A stretch of DNA of 64,000 nucleotides, from assembly GCA_000002435.2 (NCBI GenBank), contig CM018789.1; one strand, given 5' to 3'. This document shows, piece by piece, positions 19,845 to 30,120 of this stretch. The translations under genes were made by a program, and so were the position numbers. The notes under the pieces were generated by a model. That model was not told the origin of the DNA. It saw nothing but the letters and a program-made list of their open reading frames with translations, and made no database searches. This DNA comes from Giardia intestinalis. Lineage: Eukaryota. How positions within the stretch are numbered: position 1 is the first letter of the stretch; the number at the start of each line of letters is the position of its first letter.

Positions 19845-21218
19845 TGAATTTTCACTTGACTGACTTTCTAGGCCACTGAGGCTGTCGGTGCCCCTGAAGC
19901 GGGCGCTAGGCGGCCTTAGCTCGTCGCACGTGTCTTCTAGTATCTTGACAGCAATATCCAATTCATGGAGCTTGATCTCTTGGTCAGACAAGCGATTTTT
20001 GATAGTGCCGTTTTCGCGAGCTAGCTCATTGATGCGTGTTTCAATCGGAATAATCTCACTAATTACACGCTTGATATCCATGCCTAACTGGCTTAGTTGC
20101 GTTCTAAGCTCCTTATTTTCAGCTCGCAATTCCTGACACAGCTCCACAAGTTGTAGTAGCTGCCCCGTCATACTATGGTGTCGTTCGGACAGTCTGTCTA
20201 TGCGTTTATACACTTCTGTGAGGTTGTTAGAGTTTGTCTCTGTGGTTCTTGTTTCAATTATGACATTATCTTGTTCGTCTTGATGCGACGCAGTGGATGA
20301 GATAGGTAAGGATGGACTTTCTGCTGTGTTGGTAGCACCTAGGCTAGAAGTAGATGAATGTGAAGAGGTGGATTGCTGGCACAAAAGAATGCTGCCTTCA
20401 AACTCTTTTAGAAGCTGAAGTAACTCGGCGGCAGTGCTACGGTCATCTTGATCTGAGATAAGGAGATGGGAGATAATGGCACGAATGTAATCATTTCTCA
20501 GCCTGGAGAATACTCGCTTCCAGTGCATTGCTGCATCTGTTTGTCTCCACTGCAGAGGCAAATTAGGACGCTCTCCGGTAGCAAGCTCGTAGAGAACTGC
20601 CCCAAGACTCCACATGTCTGCTTTGGTGTCATATTTCCTCTTCTGCCTGATCTCTGGTGCCGTATAAAACGGTGTACCAGCAGTTGTATTTGCATATTGA
20701 TTTCGTTCTAAAACCCGGCAAAGTCCAAAGTCTGCTAAAACATATGCTGTTCGATCCTTACTGACTAATATGTTTTCCGGTTTGATGTCTCTGTGAATGA
20801 TTGGCGGGAGTAATCGTCCATCACTATCACGCTTTGTCGGGCTGTGAAGGTAAGCCAATGCTTCAGAGAGCTGCTGCGCTATGTCAAGAATCTGAGTGTC
20901 GCTAAGGCACTTACCAGAAGATGTGTGAGAGGTTATAATGTCTCTGAGAGTTTCTGGATAGTAGGTCATACGGATGTAGAGGTAGCGCTCACCACGTACA
21001 ATCTGCTTATATTCGATTATATTTCTGTGCTTCATCTTTGGTAGAATGGAGATTTCGCTTTGAAGTATTGCCAGCACATCGTCAGTGAGCTTAACTAAGT
21101 CAATCACTTTTATCACGTCTTTGTTGTTGTTCTTTAACGAGTATACTGCCCCAAACGCTCCGTGGCCGATAAGTCTATGAAGATTGGCCCGCATTTTCGC
21201 ATCAACCTTCGTGGCCAT
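19824..21218 (-). CDS. NEK-family serine/threonine protein kinase with C-terminal coiled coil
   Basis: GHGAFGAV glycine loop, VIKVID lysine, HRDIKPENILV, DFGLCR, GTPFYTAPE; C-terminal heptad-rich region; 3' end overlaps EF1B by 21 nt tail-to-tail. Confidence 0.75.
   Translation of the reverse strand: MATKVDAKMRANLHRLIGHGAFGAVYSLKNNNKDVIKVIDLVKLTDDVLAILQSEISILPKMKHRNIIEYKQIVRGERYLYIRMTYYPETLRDIITSHTSSGKCLSDTQILDIAQQLSEALAYLHSPTKRDSDGRLLPPIIHRDIKPENILVSKDRTAYVLADFGLCRVLERNQYANTTAGTPFYTAPEIRQKRKYDTKADMWSLGAVLYELATGERPNLPLQWRQTDAAMHWKRVFSRLRNDYIRAIISHLLISDQDDRSTAAELLQLLKEFEGSILLCQQSTSSHSSTSSLGATNTAESPSLPISSTASHQDEQDNVIIETRTTETNSNNLTEVYKRIDRLSERHHSMTGQLLQLVELCQELRAENKELRTQLSQLGMDIKRVISEIIPIETRINELARENGTIKNRLSDQEIKLHELDIAVKILEDTCDELRPPSARFRGTDSLSGLESQSSENSLPELVK
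19843..19849 (+). promoter_or_regulatory. polyadenylation signal AGTGAAT overlapping EF1B stop codon
   Basis: AGTRAAY consensus overlapping TAG. Confidence 0.5.
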
Positions 21219-21346
21219 CTCTCAGCTAGAGTAAATTTTATAGTCACGAACCTAGTCGCGAACATCATTTATCTACATGTCAAACGGTTTACTGTCGTTG
21301 TTTGTTGATCATGCAGACGTGTAGCTCGTAAAGTAAGAAAGCCCTA

Positions 21347-23116
21347 TTAATTTAAGAAGAATTCCATAATAGTGCAAGGGATTGGTACCTTGTAGGTGAG
21401 TAGAGTATTAGGATGAATGACTCCTATCCAACCTAGTGTATGGCCATCGACTACAATTGATGCCCGCCTCCCTGGAAGACAAGTTGGGTGGTCTTCTCCA
21501 ATTAGCTTAAAACTCTTCGCGAGCTTTCTCATGAGATGGTCGAGAAACCCGTGCACAAACTCAAATCCATCAGTAGTGCCCCCATAAATGCATGAGAACT
21601 TCTTCACGGCATGTACTCCAACGTCATCTCTAGCATCGGCATTAGGGACAAGAACCTCAGAGACCTCAAAAAGTCTAAGTGGCAAGCTGATATGTTGCTG
21701 AGCTGAGACAGCCCGCAAGAGGCCTGGAGCTAGGCAAGAACGCGTGTGACTAAACATGGCCGTCTTAGTATTCGATAATTCCACTGGAAGATCCCCGAAG
21801 ATAGAATCCTCTGCAGGACAAAGTGAGAATAGGACCAACTCGATATATCCACACGCAACAGCCTCAGATCTCACTATTTCGCCAAGTCGGAATTCTTGAA
21901 GGATAGACCCCTGCGTCATGGTATTGGGAAGCTTAGCATACTTTTCGGCAATGGCATTATATCCATAGGAGATACAAAAGTTTTCAACTAGGTCCGCTTC
22001 AGCAATAATGTCTTGACGGAAAAATGGAACGTGGCACCTCAATACAGTGTCTGCGAGGTCTGACTTTGCCTGCACCACCTCGGCTCGTATGGACATTCTT
22101 TTGAGGTAGGAACAGACCATGGAAATACTGAGGGTGTTCAGAGGTATACCCGATATCTCACTCAATTTAGCAAGCCTTAAGTCCAATTGGTAAGAAGAGA
22201 TGAGAGGATAGGTGACCTTTGCATGTGGCTTGTTGATGGGGAGCTGAGTGTGCTGGCTAGTAACACTATCATATACTATCGTCACTGTCTCTACCTGATT
22301 CTTCTTCCGTGTATGCATACGGATAGAATTAATAACGTTGTTTAAAGTAGCACAGGCCTTGTTAAGATCTGTTGCTGTGCACTCGATAAAAACGTTAGTT
22401 GTGCTCAAGGAGACCTTGGAATACTCGCTATTTATGATCGGAGGAAGAGACAAGACCTCTCCGCGACCATCTCGAATGACGGGCCACAGAGGCTCATTCT
22501 TGATGATGTGGAGGTACGATGATAGCTGACGGTCTCCTTCGAGAACTTTAAATAGTGACCTTCCATCCATTACTTCAGATTGAGATAGCGCCAGGAAAAC
22601 GATATCCTCAGGGGGCTGTGCAGAATACGTTATGGAGGATGTGTCAATCTTATCCAAATCGTGGGTGCCAATGGCCACAAGCGTACGCTTTCTGCAAAGG
22701 TTCTGATGCAACTTGTCTTGGTAGTCAATGAAGGAGTTAAAGCTTGTCTGAGTAAAGTTAACACCACGTACAATGGCCGAAACGATATATGGGCGTACTG
22801 GGCCCACTGCCTTACCGTCCACCCTGATTTGGACAGAGCTGTCTCTGGCATACAGTCCCAACGGTTCACCAAGGCCCAAGAACGGTTGCAGTGTAACGGC
22901 CATTCCTTCAACTGAGAGGATGTCCGGTCTATTTGCGGTCACATCCACTCTATAATGCTTCACTGGTCCTTGCTCCTCCAGAAATCGCTCTGACTGCATA
23001 ACGACCTCGTCTAGCTCCATGCCAAGGTCAGCAAATATGGCGTCAAATTCTTCATCGCTCCTTGTGATCCCAAGAAGACGCTCGAGCTCATGTTTGACAA
23101 TTGTGGCAGTAGGCAT
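21347..23116 (-). CDS. FARSB: phenylalanyl-tRNA synthetase beta subunit (eukaryotic/archaeal type)
   Basis: N-terminus MPTATIVKHELERLLGITRSDEEFDAIFADLGMELDE matches FARSB [37 protein letters not shown]; further conserved blocks (DKLHQNLCRKRTLVAIGTHDLD, HIIKNEPLWPVIRDGRGEVLSLPPIIN). Confidence 0.85.
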   Translation of the reverse strand: MPTATIVKHELERLLGITRSDEEFDAIFADLGMELDEVVMQSERFLEEQGPVKHYRVDVTANRPDILSVEGMAVTLQPFLGLGEPLGLYARDSSVQIRVDGKAVGPVRPYIVSAIVRGVNFTQTSFNSFIDYQDKLHQNLCRKRTLVAIGTHDLDKIDTSSITYSAQPPEDIVFLALSQSEVMDGRSLFKVLEGDRQLSSYLHIIKNEPLWPVIRDGRGEVLSLPPIINSEYSKVSLSTTNVFIECTATDLNKACATLNNVINSIRMHTRKKNQVETVTIVYDSVTSQHTQLPINKPHAKVTYPLISSYQLDLRLAKLSEISGIPLNTLSISMVCSYLKRMSIRAEVVQAKSDLADTVLRCHVPFFRQDIIAEADLVENFCISYGYNAIAEKYAKLPNTMTQGSILQEFRLGEIVRSEAVACGYIELVLFSLCPAEDSIFGDLPVELSNTKTAMFSHTRSCLAPGLLRAVSAQQHISLPLRLFEVSEVLVPNADARDDVGVHAVKKFSCIYGGTTDGFEFVHGFLDHLMRKLAKSFKLIGEDHPTCLPGRRASIVVDGHTLGWIGVIHPNTLLTYKVPIPCTIMEFFLN

Positions 23117-23263
23117 TTTTTGGCAAGACAGCGAATAAATGCCACATCGACTATTGAAACTCTTATTGCACTACATGTTCTTGCTTATAATGTCCCCAAA
23201 GCAACTGTCCGGCAGGCACCAAGTGTTCACAGAGACAACCTCAGTGAGATCAGAAAAGCTAAA

Positions 23264-25477
23264 ATGAACATAGAAAAACGCAATCAAATAGACCTTTCCC
23301 CTGAAAATATAGCCAGCCTACGCTCCATCATTGCTCGTGATATTGCAAAGATCCAGGATGCCCTTTCAGATAGCTCCCAGAACCCCACCATCCACCAGCA
23401 GCTGGAGCCAATTGTCAAACAAAACCAGAAGATCCTACAAAGCCTGGATACCATTGAACATGAATTTACTGCAAATGCAATAGATACCATAAGGAGCAGA
23501 GGTCAAAAGTACGCGGCTATAGTACAATATGTGTTGAGGAATCATCCACAGCTGGAGAGCACATTGACCTCCAAGTCTCGTGGCACAACGTCGTCCGTAA
23601 ACCAGGATGACTCGGATGCAACAGCTCGTCTCACAGGAGACTTAGGTACCCTTAGTGCCCGTAACTCGGTAGAAGAATTCGGTGTCAATCTGTCGATAAT
23701 GAACAAGGCTTCCCTATTACCAGAGGATAAATTGCTGCACAATCCTCCCACACAAGATGCAGAACAATCTAGACCTTTTTTAGGGAGTGTAGACTCTATT
23801 CGTTCCTTTGCGACTAACTATCCTGCTAAAGTGGCCGATAAAGCCGGTCACGGAGGCATCGTGGCCGCTTCCTTGAGCTCTCTTCACGCGCCAGGCGCTT
23901 CAGCAAATAACAGGCTGCAAGATCTTATCAATAGCGATGTTACCCTATTTAACCTAGCCACTCTAGCAAATGCAGAGCCCAACCCTAACGAATGGTCATC
24001 CATAGAGCAATCTCCTGTCTACTTTATTCATGGACATAAAGCTCGAGACAGCTCGATCGCTATCAAAGCGGACTCGTACCAAGCCTTTAGTCCAGGTTCT
24101 AAGCCTCCCTTGCCATCCATCTATACACCACAGGGAGAGTTAATAGACCCCTGTCCACATCACTCGCGGCAAATTCTCTATGAACTAGCCAAGAGGTATA
24201 AGGCACAGGCTGAAGAGCTGGCCGCCAAAGCTGGTTCCAAACTTCAGCCTGGTGTTGCGGATGCTAGAATGGCCACTCTTGCAGAGGAGAATTCTGCTTT
24301 AAAAGTAAGTCTCCATTCAGCGCTTAACGAGCTCTCAGAAATCAAACAGAAGCTTATGCATCAAGTGCAGGGCAGCTTAAACCAAGAAGGCCCTCTGACC
24401 ACTGAAAACATTTCTCTCAAAGAGACCATTGCTCGCAAAAACTCAGAGTTAATCAAGCAGGGACAGGAGCTTAAAGAGACGCGCAACACTGCCGACGATC
24501 TTCAGAAGACTAAGCAGCACCTAACCCAGCTCACTGATGTCTTGCTCGAAGAGCGGAAGCTTCTCCAGGACGAAATACTAAGTCTTAAGCCAGGAGGAAA
24601 GAGCGCCAATAGTACCAAGGAAATAGAGTCTATGTGCAAACATGTTGCTGCATTAGAAAAGCAATTGCATAGCGAGGTTAAGGTCATTAATGTGGATTTA
24701 TCAGAGCAGCTCTCTGCAAAGCTAAAGGATACCATTTTGATTTATGAGCAAATGCTGACGAAAACAAAGCAAAGAGCGGTGGGAAAGCCTCGTACACCAG
24801 ACCAGCGCAATCAATCTGCAACCACTAGCATGCAAGCCTTTAGTCCTTTCGGCAATTTGGGAACCACAAACACAGGTCCTAACAGTCCATATAATCCATC
24901 GTTTACTGAAGGTGGAGCTCAGCGCCACCAAACCAGCACATTAACGCACAGCTTGGCATACGACTCTCATCATGAAGACGCTGAGCAGCTTAGATCGTCA
25001 TCACGCCCGGGATCTGCTCGATCTCGACAGAGCATTCGCTCCACTTCCTCTCGCGCATCTAGTGGACGAAGATCTGTTGCAAGGGGTGCATCATCTGGGT
25101 CCAGAGGTATAAGCCCAGAAGTCTTGACCTATGAGGTTGTCAAGGTGCTAACAGAGCTTGGGCCACGAGCTCCGTCACTCCAGCGTATCGGCCCTCGAGA
25201 GTGGATTGTTGAAAAGAACGGCGCAGTAATATCTGTTAATCTAGGTCACACTGGGACAGTTGTTGTTGAGTCAGAAGGTGGAGTACCTCTTGTTCAGTTT
25301 CTAAAGCGTCTCCAAGACCCACCAACGCGTACAACAACACCCCGGCGAATGAAGTCCCCAGGGAAAATGGCCAAAGACGATGACCAATCAATTGGGCGAC
25401 GGTCCCCAGCTCTGGATACTTCCGGGCTCGCTATGTTTAGTGCTGCTAGGCGCATGATGACACACCAAGTAAAGTAA
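23264..25477 (+). CDS. hypothetical coiled-coil protein with Ser/Arg-rich C-terminal region
   Basis: ORF track start 23090 overlaps the PheRS-beta start on the opposite strand by 27 nt; in-frame ATG at 23264 preceded by aaaagctaaaATG is the more plausible start; no family recognised. Confidence 0.45.
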   Translation: MNIEKRNQIDLSPENIASLRSIIARDIAKIQDALSDSSQNPTIHQQLEPIVKQNQKILQSLDTIEHEFTANAIDTIRSRGQKYAAIVQYVLRNHPQLESTLTSKSRGTTSSVNQDDSDATARLTGDLGTLSARNSVEEFGVNLSIMNKASLLPEDKLLHNPPTQDAEQSRPFLGSVDSIRSFATNYPAKVADKAGHGGIVAASLSSLHAPGASANNRLQDLINSDVTLFNLATLANAEPNPNEWSSIEQSPVYFIHGHKARDSSIAIKADSYQAFSPGSKPPLPSIYTPQGELIDPCPHHSRQILYELAKRYKAQAEELAAKAGSKLQPGVADARMATLAEENSALKVSLHSALNELSEIKQKLMHQVQGSLNQEGPLTTENISLKETIARKNSELIKQGQELKETRNTADDLQKTKQHLTQLTDVLLEERKLLQDEILSLKPGGKSANSTKEIESMCKHVAALEKQLHSEVKVINVDLSEQLSAKLKDTILIYEQMLTKTKQRAVGKPRTPDQRNQSATTSMQAFSPFGNLGTTNTGPNSPYNPSFTEGGAQRHQTSTLTHSLAYDSHHEDAEQLRSSSRPGSARSRQSIRSTSSRASSGRRSVARGASSGSRGISPEVLTYEVVKVLTELGPRAPSLQRIGPREWIVEKNGAVISVNLGHTGTVVVESEGGVPLVQFLKRLQDPPTRTTTPRRMKSPGKMAKDDDQSIGRRSPALDTSGLAMFSAARRMMTHQVK

Positions 25478-25479
25478 AT

Positions 25480-26310
25480 TTACAATCTGAATGAGAGAAC
25501 GTTATCATCTATGTTTCCCGACTGTTGCACATGTCTAAAATAGCCGTTTTCCCCCCACGCAGGCCCCCAAGACCCGCGCAGAATCCAGTAGTCCGTACCA
25601 GACTCTACTCCGTAACCAACGATAACAACTGACATATATCCCAAGAGCTTACCTGCAACATGATGATATATACCGGAGCCATAGTAGAGAAAGTCTTCGT
25701 AGAGAGCAAATTCTGTTGCTACTGGCCCCTCTGTGACCAGCGCCTCTTTTATCCTATGAGGATTCCGATGCCCGATGTTATAAAATGCTTTAATGCTCGT
25801 CTTTCGGAGCGCATAGCCATCGCTACAAGCAAGTGGGCAAGAAGTGTCGTCAAAGTAGTTGCCGATACAATCGAGAGTCGCAACCCCGTTGGCCAAAAGC
25901 CAATCCCAGAGCTCCATAATATTGAACCTCAATGAGCTATCAACACACGCCTTCAAAAATGGCACTGAGAGGGCCCACTTTGTGTAATTACCACTTGTAG
26001 TCTTCATACAAAGTCTATCTTCCAGAACAGAAACAGCAGAGCACGCCCACGCGTCCTCGAGACGACAGATCTTAACAGTGGCTTCCGTAGTGCATTGTGG
26101 AAAGCCGTCACGCCAGTCATAAAAGACGGGCGGAACGAATTGTGCACCGTGTCCTGGTGAAGCATGTGTGGGTGCAGTGCTTCCCGGATGAACATCGGTC
26201 AAAGGCCATATGCCCCTATGCTCATAAGGCAGGGATGAGGGATCTAAGGGAATGACTGAAGGAGTCCACTTGAGAGAGCTTTCTAACAAAATAGCTGCAA
26301 GAAGGGCCAT
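25480..26310 (-). CDS. cathepsin B-like protein, apparently catalytically inactive (C/H/N triad substituted)
   Basis: Clear cathepsin B similarity (occluding-loop region, YEDFLYYGSGIYHHVAGKLLGYMSVVIVGYGVESGTDYWILRGSWGPAWGENGYF). At the catalytic positions the residues are A (DAWACSAVS vs QGSCGSCWAFS), Y (LGYMSVVIVGYG vs GGHAIRILGWG) and G (RGSWG vs ANSWN). Start reset from GTG to ATG at 26310, giving a signal peptide MALLAAILLESS. Confidence 0.65.
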   Translation of the reverse strand: MALLAAILLESSLKWTPSVIPLDPSSLPYEHRGIWPLTDVHPGSTAPTHASPGHGAQFVPPVFYDWRDGFPQCTTEATVKICRLEDAWACSAVSVLEDRLCMKTTSGNYTKWALSVPFLKACVDSSLRFNIMELWDWLLANGVATLDCIGNYFDDTSCPLACSDGYALRKTSIKAFYNIGHRNPHRIKEALVTEGPVATEFALYEDFLYYGSGIYHHVAGKLLGYMSVVIVGYGVESGTDYWILRGSWGPAWGENGYFRHVQQSGNIDDNVLSFRL

Positions 26311-26324
26311 TTTTTGCACAACGA

Positions 26325-28199
26325 CTAGTCGATATTATTCATGAAGTTCATATACGCTCGTGCATACTGATCTCCAGACGTGGAAATTTCGGGCTGAGAG
26401 AGATTACTCTTTGACGCCGGAGGGCTATCTCGCTTGCTTACGAATCCCACGACAGATATCGCAGAGGATTGCTGAAGTTGACCAGAAGCTATTGGCGGGG
26501 CTACTGTCAGAGAATCCGCAGCAATACGAGGCTGCTTATTTTCAGTTCGGGCTCGCAAGTTTCCAAATTTGTTGAGCAAACTTTGGGTGTCCTGAGAGAG
26601 CGCATCAGAGCTGGAAAACGAAGCTCCATCGCAGGCTCCATGTGGTGGACGCGGTGGAGATAGGGTCAATTCGCTGCTTTGGCCAGACTGAGGTTTTCCA
26701 CGTGTGACATTCCGCTGAAGCATGGGCGCCAAATCTAGTACTTCAAAGTGTTGTGGTAGCAGTGCTGCTGGTTTCTTGAGAACATCCTTCCGCGATACAG
26801 GAGCATGCCCATCTTGAACTTCGGCTAAGAGCTCGTTTCCTTTAAGGTTGGTTAAATTATCTATCATCGCTTTTTGGGATGCAATAGTAGCAGCAAGCTC
26901 CTTGACTTTGGCCTCAGCCTGCGTTTTCTGATTATGTGCTGTTTGAAGAGCGGTGGAGAGCTTCCCGAGCTTTTGTGCGTCACTAGATATCTTAGCCTCC
27001 AATGCTCCATTTGCCTGTGAGAGCTCCGCCACGCGTTCCATGAGACTAGACACTTGTTCTGTCTTAAAACTTAATGATTCCACGACCTCACCTAACTTAC
27101 TTTCAAGCTGATTTCTTTCTGAAAGAGTTGAGTTGTACTTGAGTCCCAACTGGTCGCACTCAGCACTGAGAGCAGCCGCAGCCTCTTTCAGCTCATCGAT
27201 GTTTTGCACCAACTCTTTGTTCTGCGCTTTAAGATGATCTAATTGAGATGTCTGTGCCATAATTGTATTGTTGCTACGCTCTGTCAGACTGGTCAATTGG
27301 AGGGCAAGATCTTGTTTCCCACGCTCCAGCTGGCGCTCCAAATCGCTAAGATGTTTGCACTCTAGACGGAGCTTTTCACATTCTCTTTCGCGCGACGTAA
27401 GGCTTTCACGCGTGAGCTCAAGATTTGATCGAGCTAAGGTCAGATCAGAGAGGGTAGAGCTCAATTCCCTCTCTAAGTCTAGTTTCTTTTGCTCTAATGT
27501 AAACACTTGAGACTGCAGAGACTTCACATTGGCAGTCAAAGATGCTATTTCGCGTGTGGATGATTCTTGCAAAGTATTGAAGTTAACAGTCATAACCTCC
27601 AAGTCTTTAGCCTGTTTGTTGTAGTTTAGAGATAGAGCATTAAATTCTTCAGCTTTACGTTGCAGATCTTGCTGTGAGAGTACAATACGATCAGAGAGCG
27701 TTTTTGAATCCTTATCGCTTTGGGTTCTCAGTGTTGTGATCTCAGCCGCTTGGGCTGTAGCGAGTTTCTGGGATTCTGAAAGCAGCTCGGAGAGGTATTC
27801 TGCGAGACTTCTGTCTGATGCGCGCTCGAATGGTAACCGGAGCCGGTAAAACCTTTGGAAATCCAGCTTATCATGTACTGTGAATATAAAGCCTGTCCGT
27901 TTATCATCATCTTCTAAGCAAACCGTGCGCTTGTCTGAAAGATTGTCAAGCAGTGGAAACAGATATGTATCGAAGGTCGCCACCATTTGTGTATCTATTA
28001 ATAGGGTATCACACATAGTTTTCAGCATTTGATCGGTGATGTTGCAGTAGAAGTAGAACATAAGGTCGTTTGGACTTGTTAGAATAAGCTGGAGAGGAGA
28101 GCCTATTTCGCTACCGGTACGCATTTCTAGAACGGCTGGGAATGTCGTGTTCACACCCTGGTGGAGGTATTGCAGCAAAAACTGTGATCTCCTCGTCAT
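26325..28199 (-). CDS. coiled-coil protein, probable SAS-6-like centriole/basal-body assembly protein
   Basis: N-terminal globular head with LTSPNDLMFYFYCNITDQMLKTM...LLIDTQMVATF resembling SAS-6 [24 protein letters not shown]...LLVDFLAF, followed by ~350 aa heptad coiled coil and disordered tail (SAS-6 architecture). Confidence 0.35.
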   Translation of the reverse strand: MTRRSQFLLQYLHQGVNTTFPAVLEMRTGSEIGSPLQLILTSPNDLMFYFYCNITDQMLKTMCDTLLIDTQMVATFDTYLFPLLDNLSDKRTVCLEDDDKRTGFIFTVHDKLDFQRFYRLRLPFERASDRSLAEYLSELLSESQKLATAQAAEITTLRTQSDKDSKTLSDRIVLSQQDLQRKAEEFNALSLNYNKQAKDLEVMTVNFNTLQESSTREIASLTANVKSLQSQVFTLEQKKLDLERELSSTLSDLTLARSNLELTRESLTSRERECEKLRLECKHLSDLERQLERGKQDLALQLTSLTERSNNTIMAQTSQLDHLKAQNKELVQNIDELKEAAAALSAECDQLGLKYNSTLSERNQLESKLGEVVESLSFKTEQVSSLMERVAELSQANGALEAKISSDAQKLGKLSTALQTAHNQKTQAEAKVKELAATIASQKAMIDNLTNLKGNELLAEVQDGHAPVSRKDVLKKPAALLPQHFEVLDLAPMLQRNVTRGKPQSGQSSELTLSPPRPPHGACDGASFSSSDALSQDTQSLLNKFGNLRARTENKQPRIAADSLTVAPPIASGQLQQSSAISVVGFVSKRDSPPASKSNLSQPEISTSGDQYARAYMNFMNNID

Positions 28200-28296
28200 T
28201 AAATTTTGGTTTTTGGTTTTCCCTGATCGGTTGCCTGCGCAGGGTACAAGAAGTCAATAAATAAAGATTTACCTCTTGAAATGCGGTACCTACTGA

Positions 28297-29028
28297 CTAC
28301 GGGTCATCGAAAAAGTCATCGTCAGCCAAGTCTGTGTTGATGTCGTTCTTCATCTCATCATCGATAGCTGTGCCTCGCAAGAGTTTTGTAGGAGGCGTCT
28401 TCTCCTTGGTCACACGTTTTGCCTGCAAAACAGATGTAATTCGTCTGTTGATAATAATGGCCTTGGCCAAGGTTTGTAGAGTCTCTGGGAGGATTTGATC
28501 ATCCTCAGGTCGAGATTCACCGCCATCGATAAGTCGCCGTAGTATCTTCGTTTGAGCTATAATCTGAGCAGTCCTCTCTGGAACTTTTGCATCACCGTCT
28601 AGTATGTTTCCCTTTAGGTTCTTAAAAGCAGATCGGTATGTCACAAACACCGGGGAATCATTGATATAGAGGTCCAAATCGTCCATAAGGTCAAGCATCC
28701 TATTTGCCCGTGTAATGCCGTCTTTGTCGTCTTTTGTACTGGCTTCTTCACGCGCCTTAAAGAGAGCACGACGCATGTACTTCAGCTTGTTTCGATCAAA
28801 GATTATTGTCGAATTGTGACTCTTACGATACTCAAGAGACCGCTGTTGCAGAGCACTGGCTTCTTGTAAGGTATGGAGCTCAACCTCGCATGTCGCAAGC
28901 TTATTCTTGATGTCTTCTGCCATCTCAAAATTCTTATGCACTGCTGTCTCCTGAGCAGTCAGGAACCGTCGGAACGATCGTAGCTGGCTTCGCATGTACT
29001 GGATCGTTCGGGAGAGGGGAACGGTCAT
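28297..29028 (-). CDS. hypothetical protein (243 aa, acidic C-terminus DDDFFDDP)
   Basis: Clean ATG ORF with A/T-rich upstream; no family recognised. Confidence 0.45.
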   Translation of the reverse strand: MTVPLSRTIQYMRSQLRSFRRFLTAQETAVHKNFEMAEDIKNKLATCEVELHTLQEASALQQRSLEYRKSHNSTIIFDRNKLKYMRRALFKAREEASTKDDKDGITRANRMLDLMDDLDLYINDSPVFVTYRSAFKNLKGNILDGDAKVPERTAQIIAQTKILRRLIDGGESRPEDDQILPETLQTLAKAIIINRRITSVLQAKRVTKEKTPPTKLLRGTAIDDEMKNDINTDLADDDFFDDP

Positions 29029-29204
29029 GCTTCAAATTAAATCAACTAAATCTCAGCTCGCCCTCTATTCTCCTTCAACCATGGACGTATGCGCAGGGCA
29101 GGGAAAAGCAACTGAGTGACTAACTGAGCAGTCAGCTACAGCTGTCTCAAGTTGACCTCTTTAAAGGCGTCGATTTTAACTGACGAGTGCCTGGTAGAAA
29201 TAAA

Positions 29205-29990
29205 ATGCCCGCTTTAGACTTTGGGTCTTCCAGCGAGGGATCTGAGCCAGAGGCATGGGAGAGCAACGCCATGAAGCTATCAAAGCAAAATGAGGAGAAG
29301 GAGATAGCTGAGCAAAAGAGACGGGCAGAAGAAGAGGCCGCCCGAAATCGTGAGAAGATCCGCAAGAGAGAACGGGATAGCTTTACGACTGGTGCTCCCG
29401 AACTTTCAGAAACTGCAAAAGCACGCCTCGATGAAAAGCGTCGGTATGAACAAAACATTGTGGCTGCTTCGAATATGTTACGTGATAACGACAGCAGTGA
29501 CGATGAGGGTGGCAAGGGACCTAAGAACTCCGCCAACGGGGACAAGAAGAAAAACAATGGACAGCTGAGGGACTACACTCTTGAAGACAATTTCATGGGC
29601 GGCGAAATCGCTGAGGGCGTGTCCTCTGGGCCACAGAGTATTGAGGAAATGATCCCTGCGTCTATTGAGCAATTCGATGCATTTGCAGATGCAATAGTTA
29701 AAAAGCTTGTCTCTACCTACAAGAACGACAATGATGTTCTTTACATGCATTGCCTTAAGCGCATTGTCGAGGGCGCTCTTTCTCCGCTCTATCACGAAGA
29801 TGCAAAAGAGCTCTCGGACGTATGCGCACGCATTTCTGTTGAGATGTATCGTAAAGAGGCTGAAAAGAAGAAAAAGAAGGGTAAGGCCCAAAAGGGTGGC
29901 TCACACGCAACTGGCAAGTCCCAGGTCTACGTGGGTGGCCGTGACGCCAAGTACCAAAAGGTGGACGACGACTATGAGGATTTCATTTGA
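29205..29990 (+). CDS. eukaryotic translation initiation factor 3 subunit J-like
   Basis: Acidic N-terminal W motif (SEPEAWES), central Lys/Glu/Arg-rich charged region, Lys-rich tract and C-terminal ...DDDYEDFI resembling the eIF3j C-terminal DYEDFM; start reset from GTG to ATG 29205 (gaaataaaATG). Confidence 0.4.
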   Translation: MPALDFGSSSEGSEPEAWESNAMKLSKQNEEKEIAEQKRRAEEEAARNREKIRKRERDSFTTGAPELSETAKARLDEKRRYEQNIVAASNMLRDNDSSDDEGGKGPKNSANGDKKKNNGQLRDYTLEDNFMGGEIAEGVSSGPQSIEEMIPASIEQFDAFADAIVKKLVSTYKNDNDVLYMHCLKRIVEGALSPLYHEDAKELSDVCARISVEMYRKEAEKKKKKGKAQKGGSHATGKSQVYVGGRDAKYQKVDDDYEDFI

Positions 29991-30120
29991 TCTTAGCAGG
30001 CCCAGGTTGGACGGCTGCCTTTCTCAGTTTACATCTGTTAGGAAAGTGGCTATCCATTAGGCGAGGTGGTTCCTTTTCCTTAGAGATATAGGCAATATCA
30101 CAAAGTGAACCACCTCAGTC

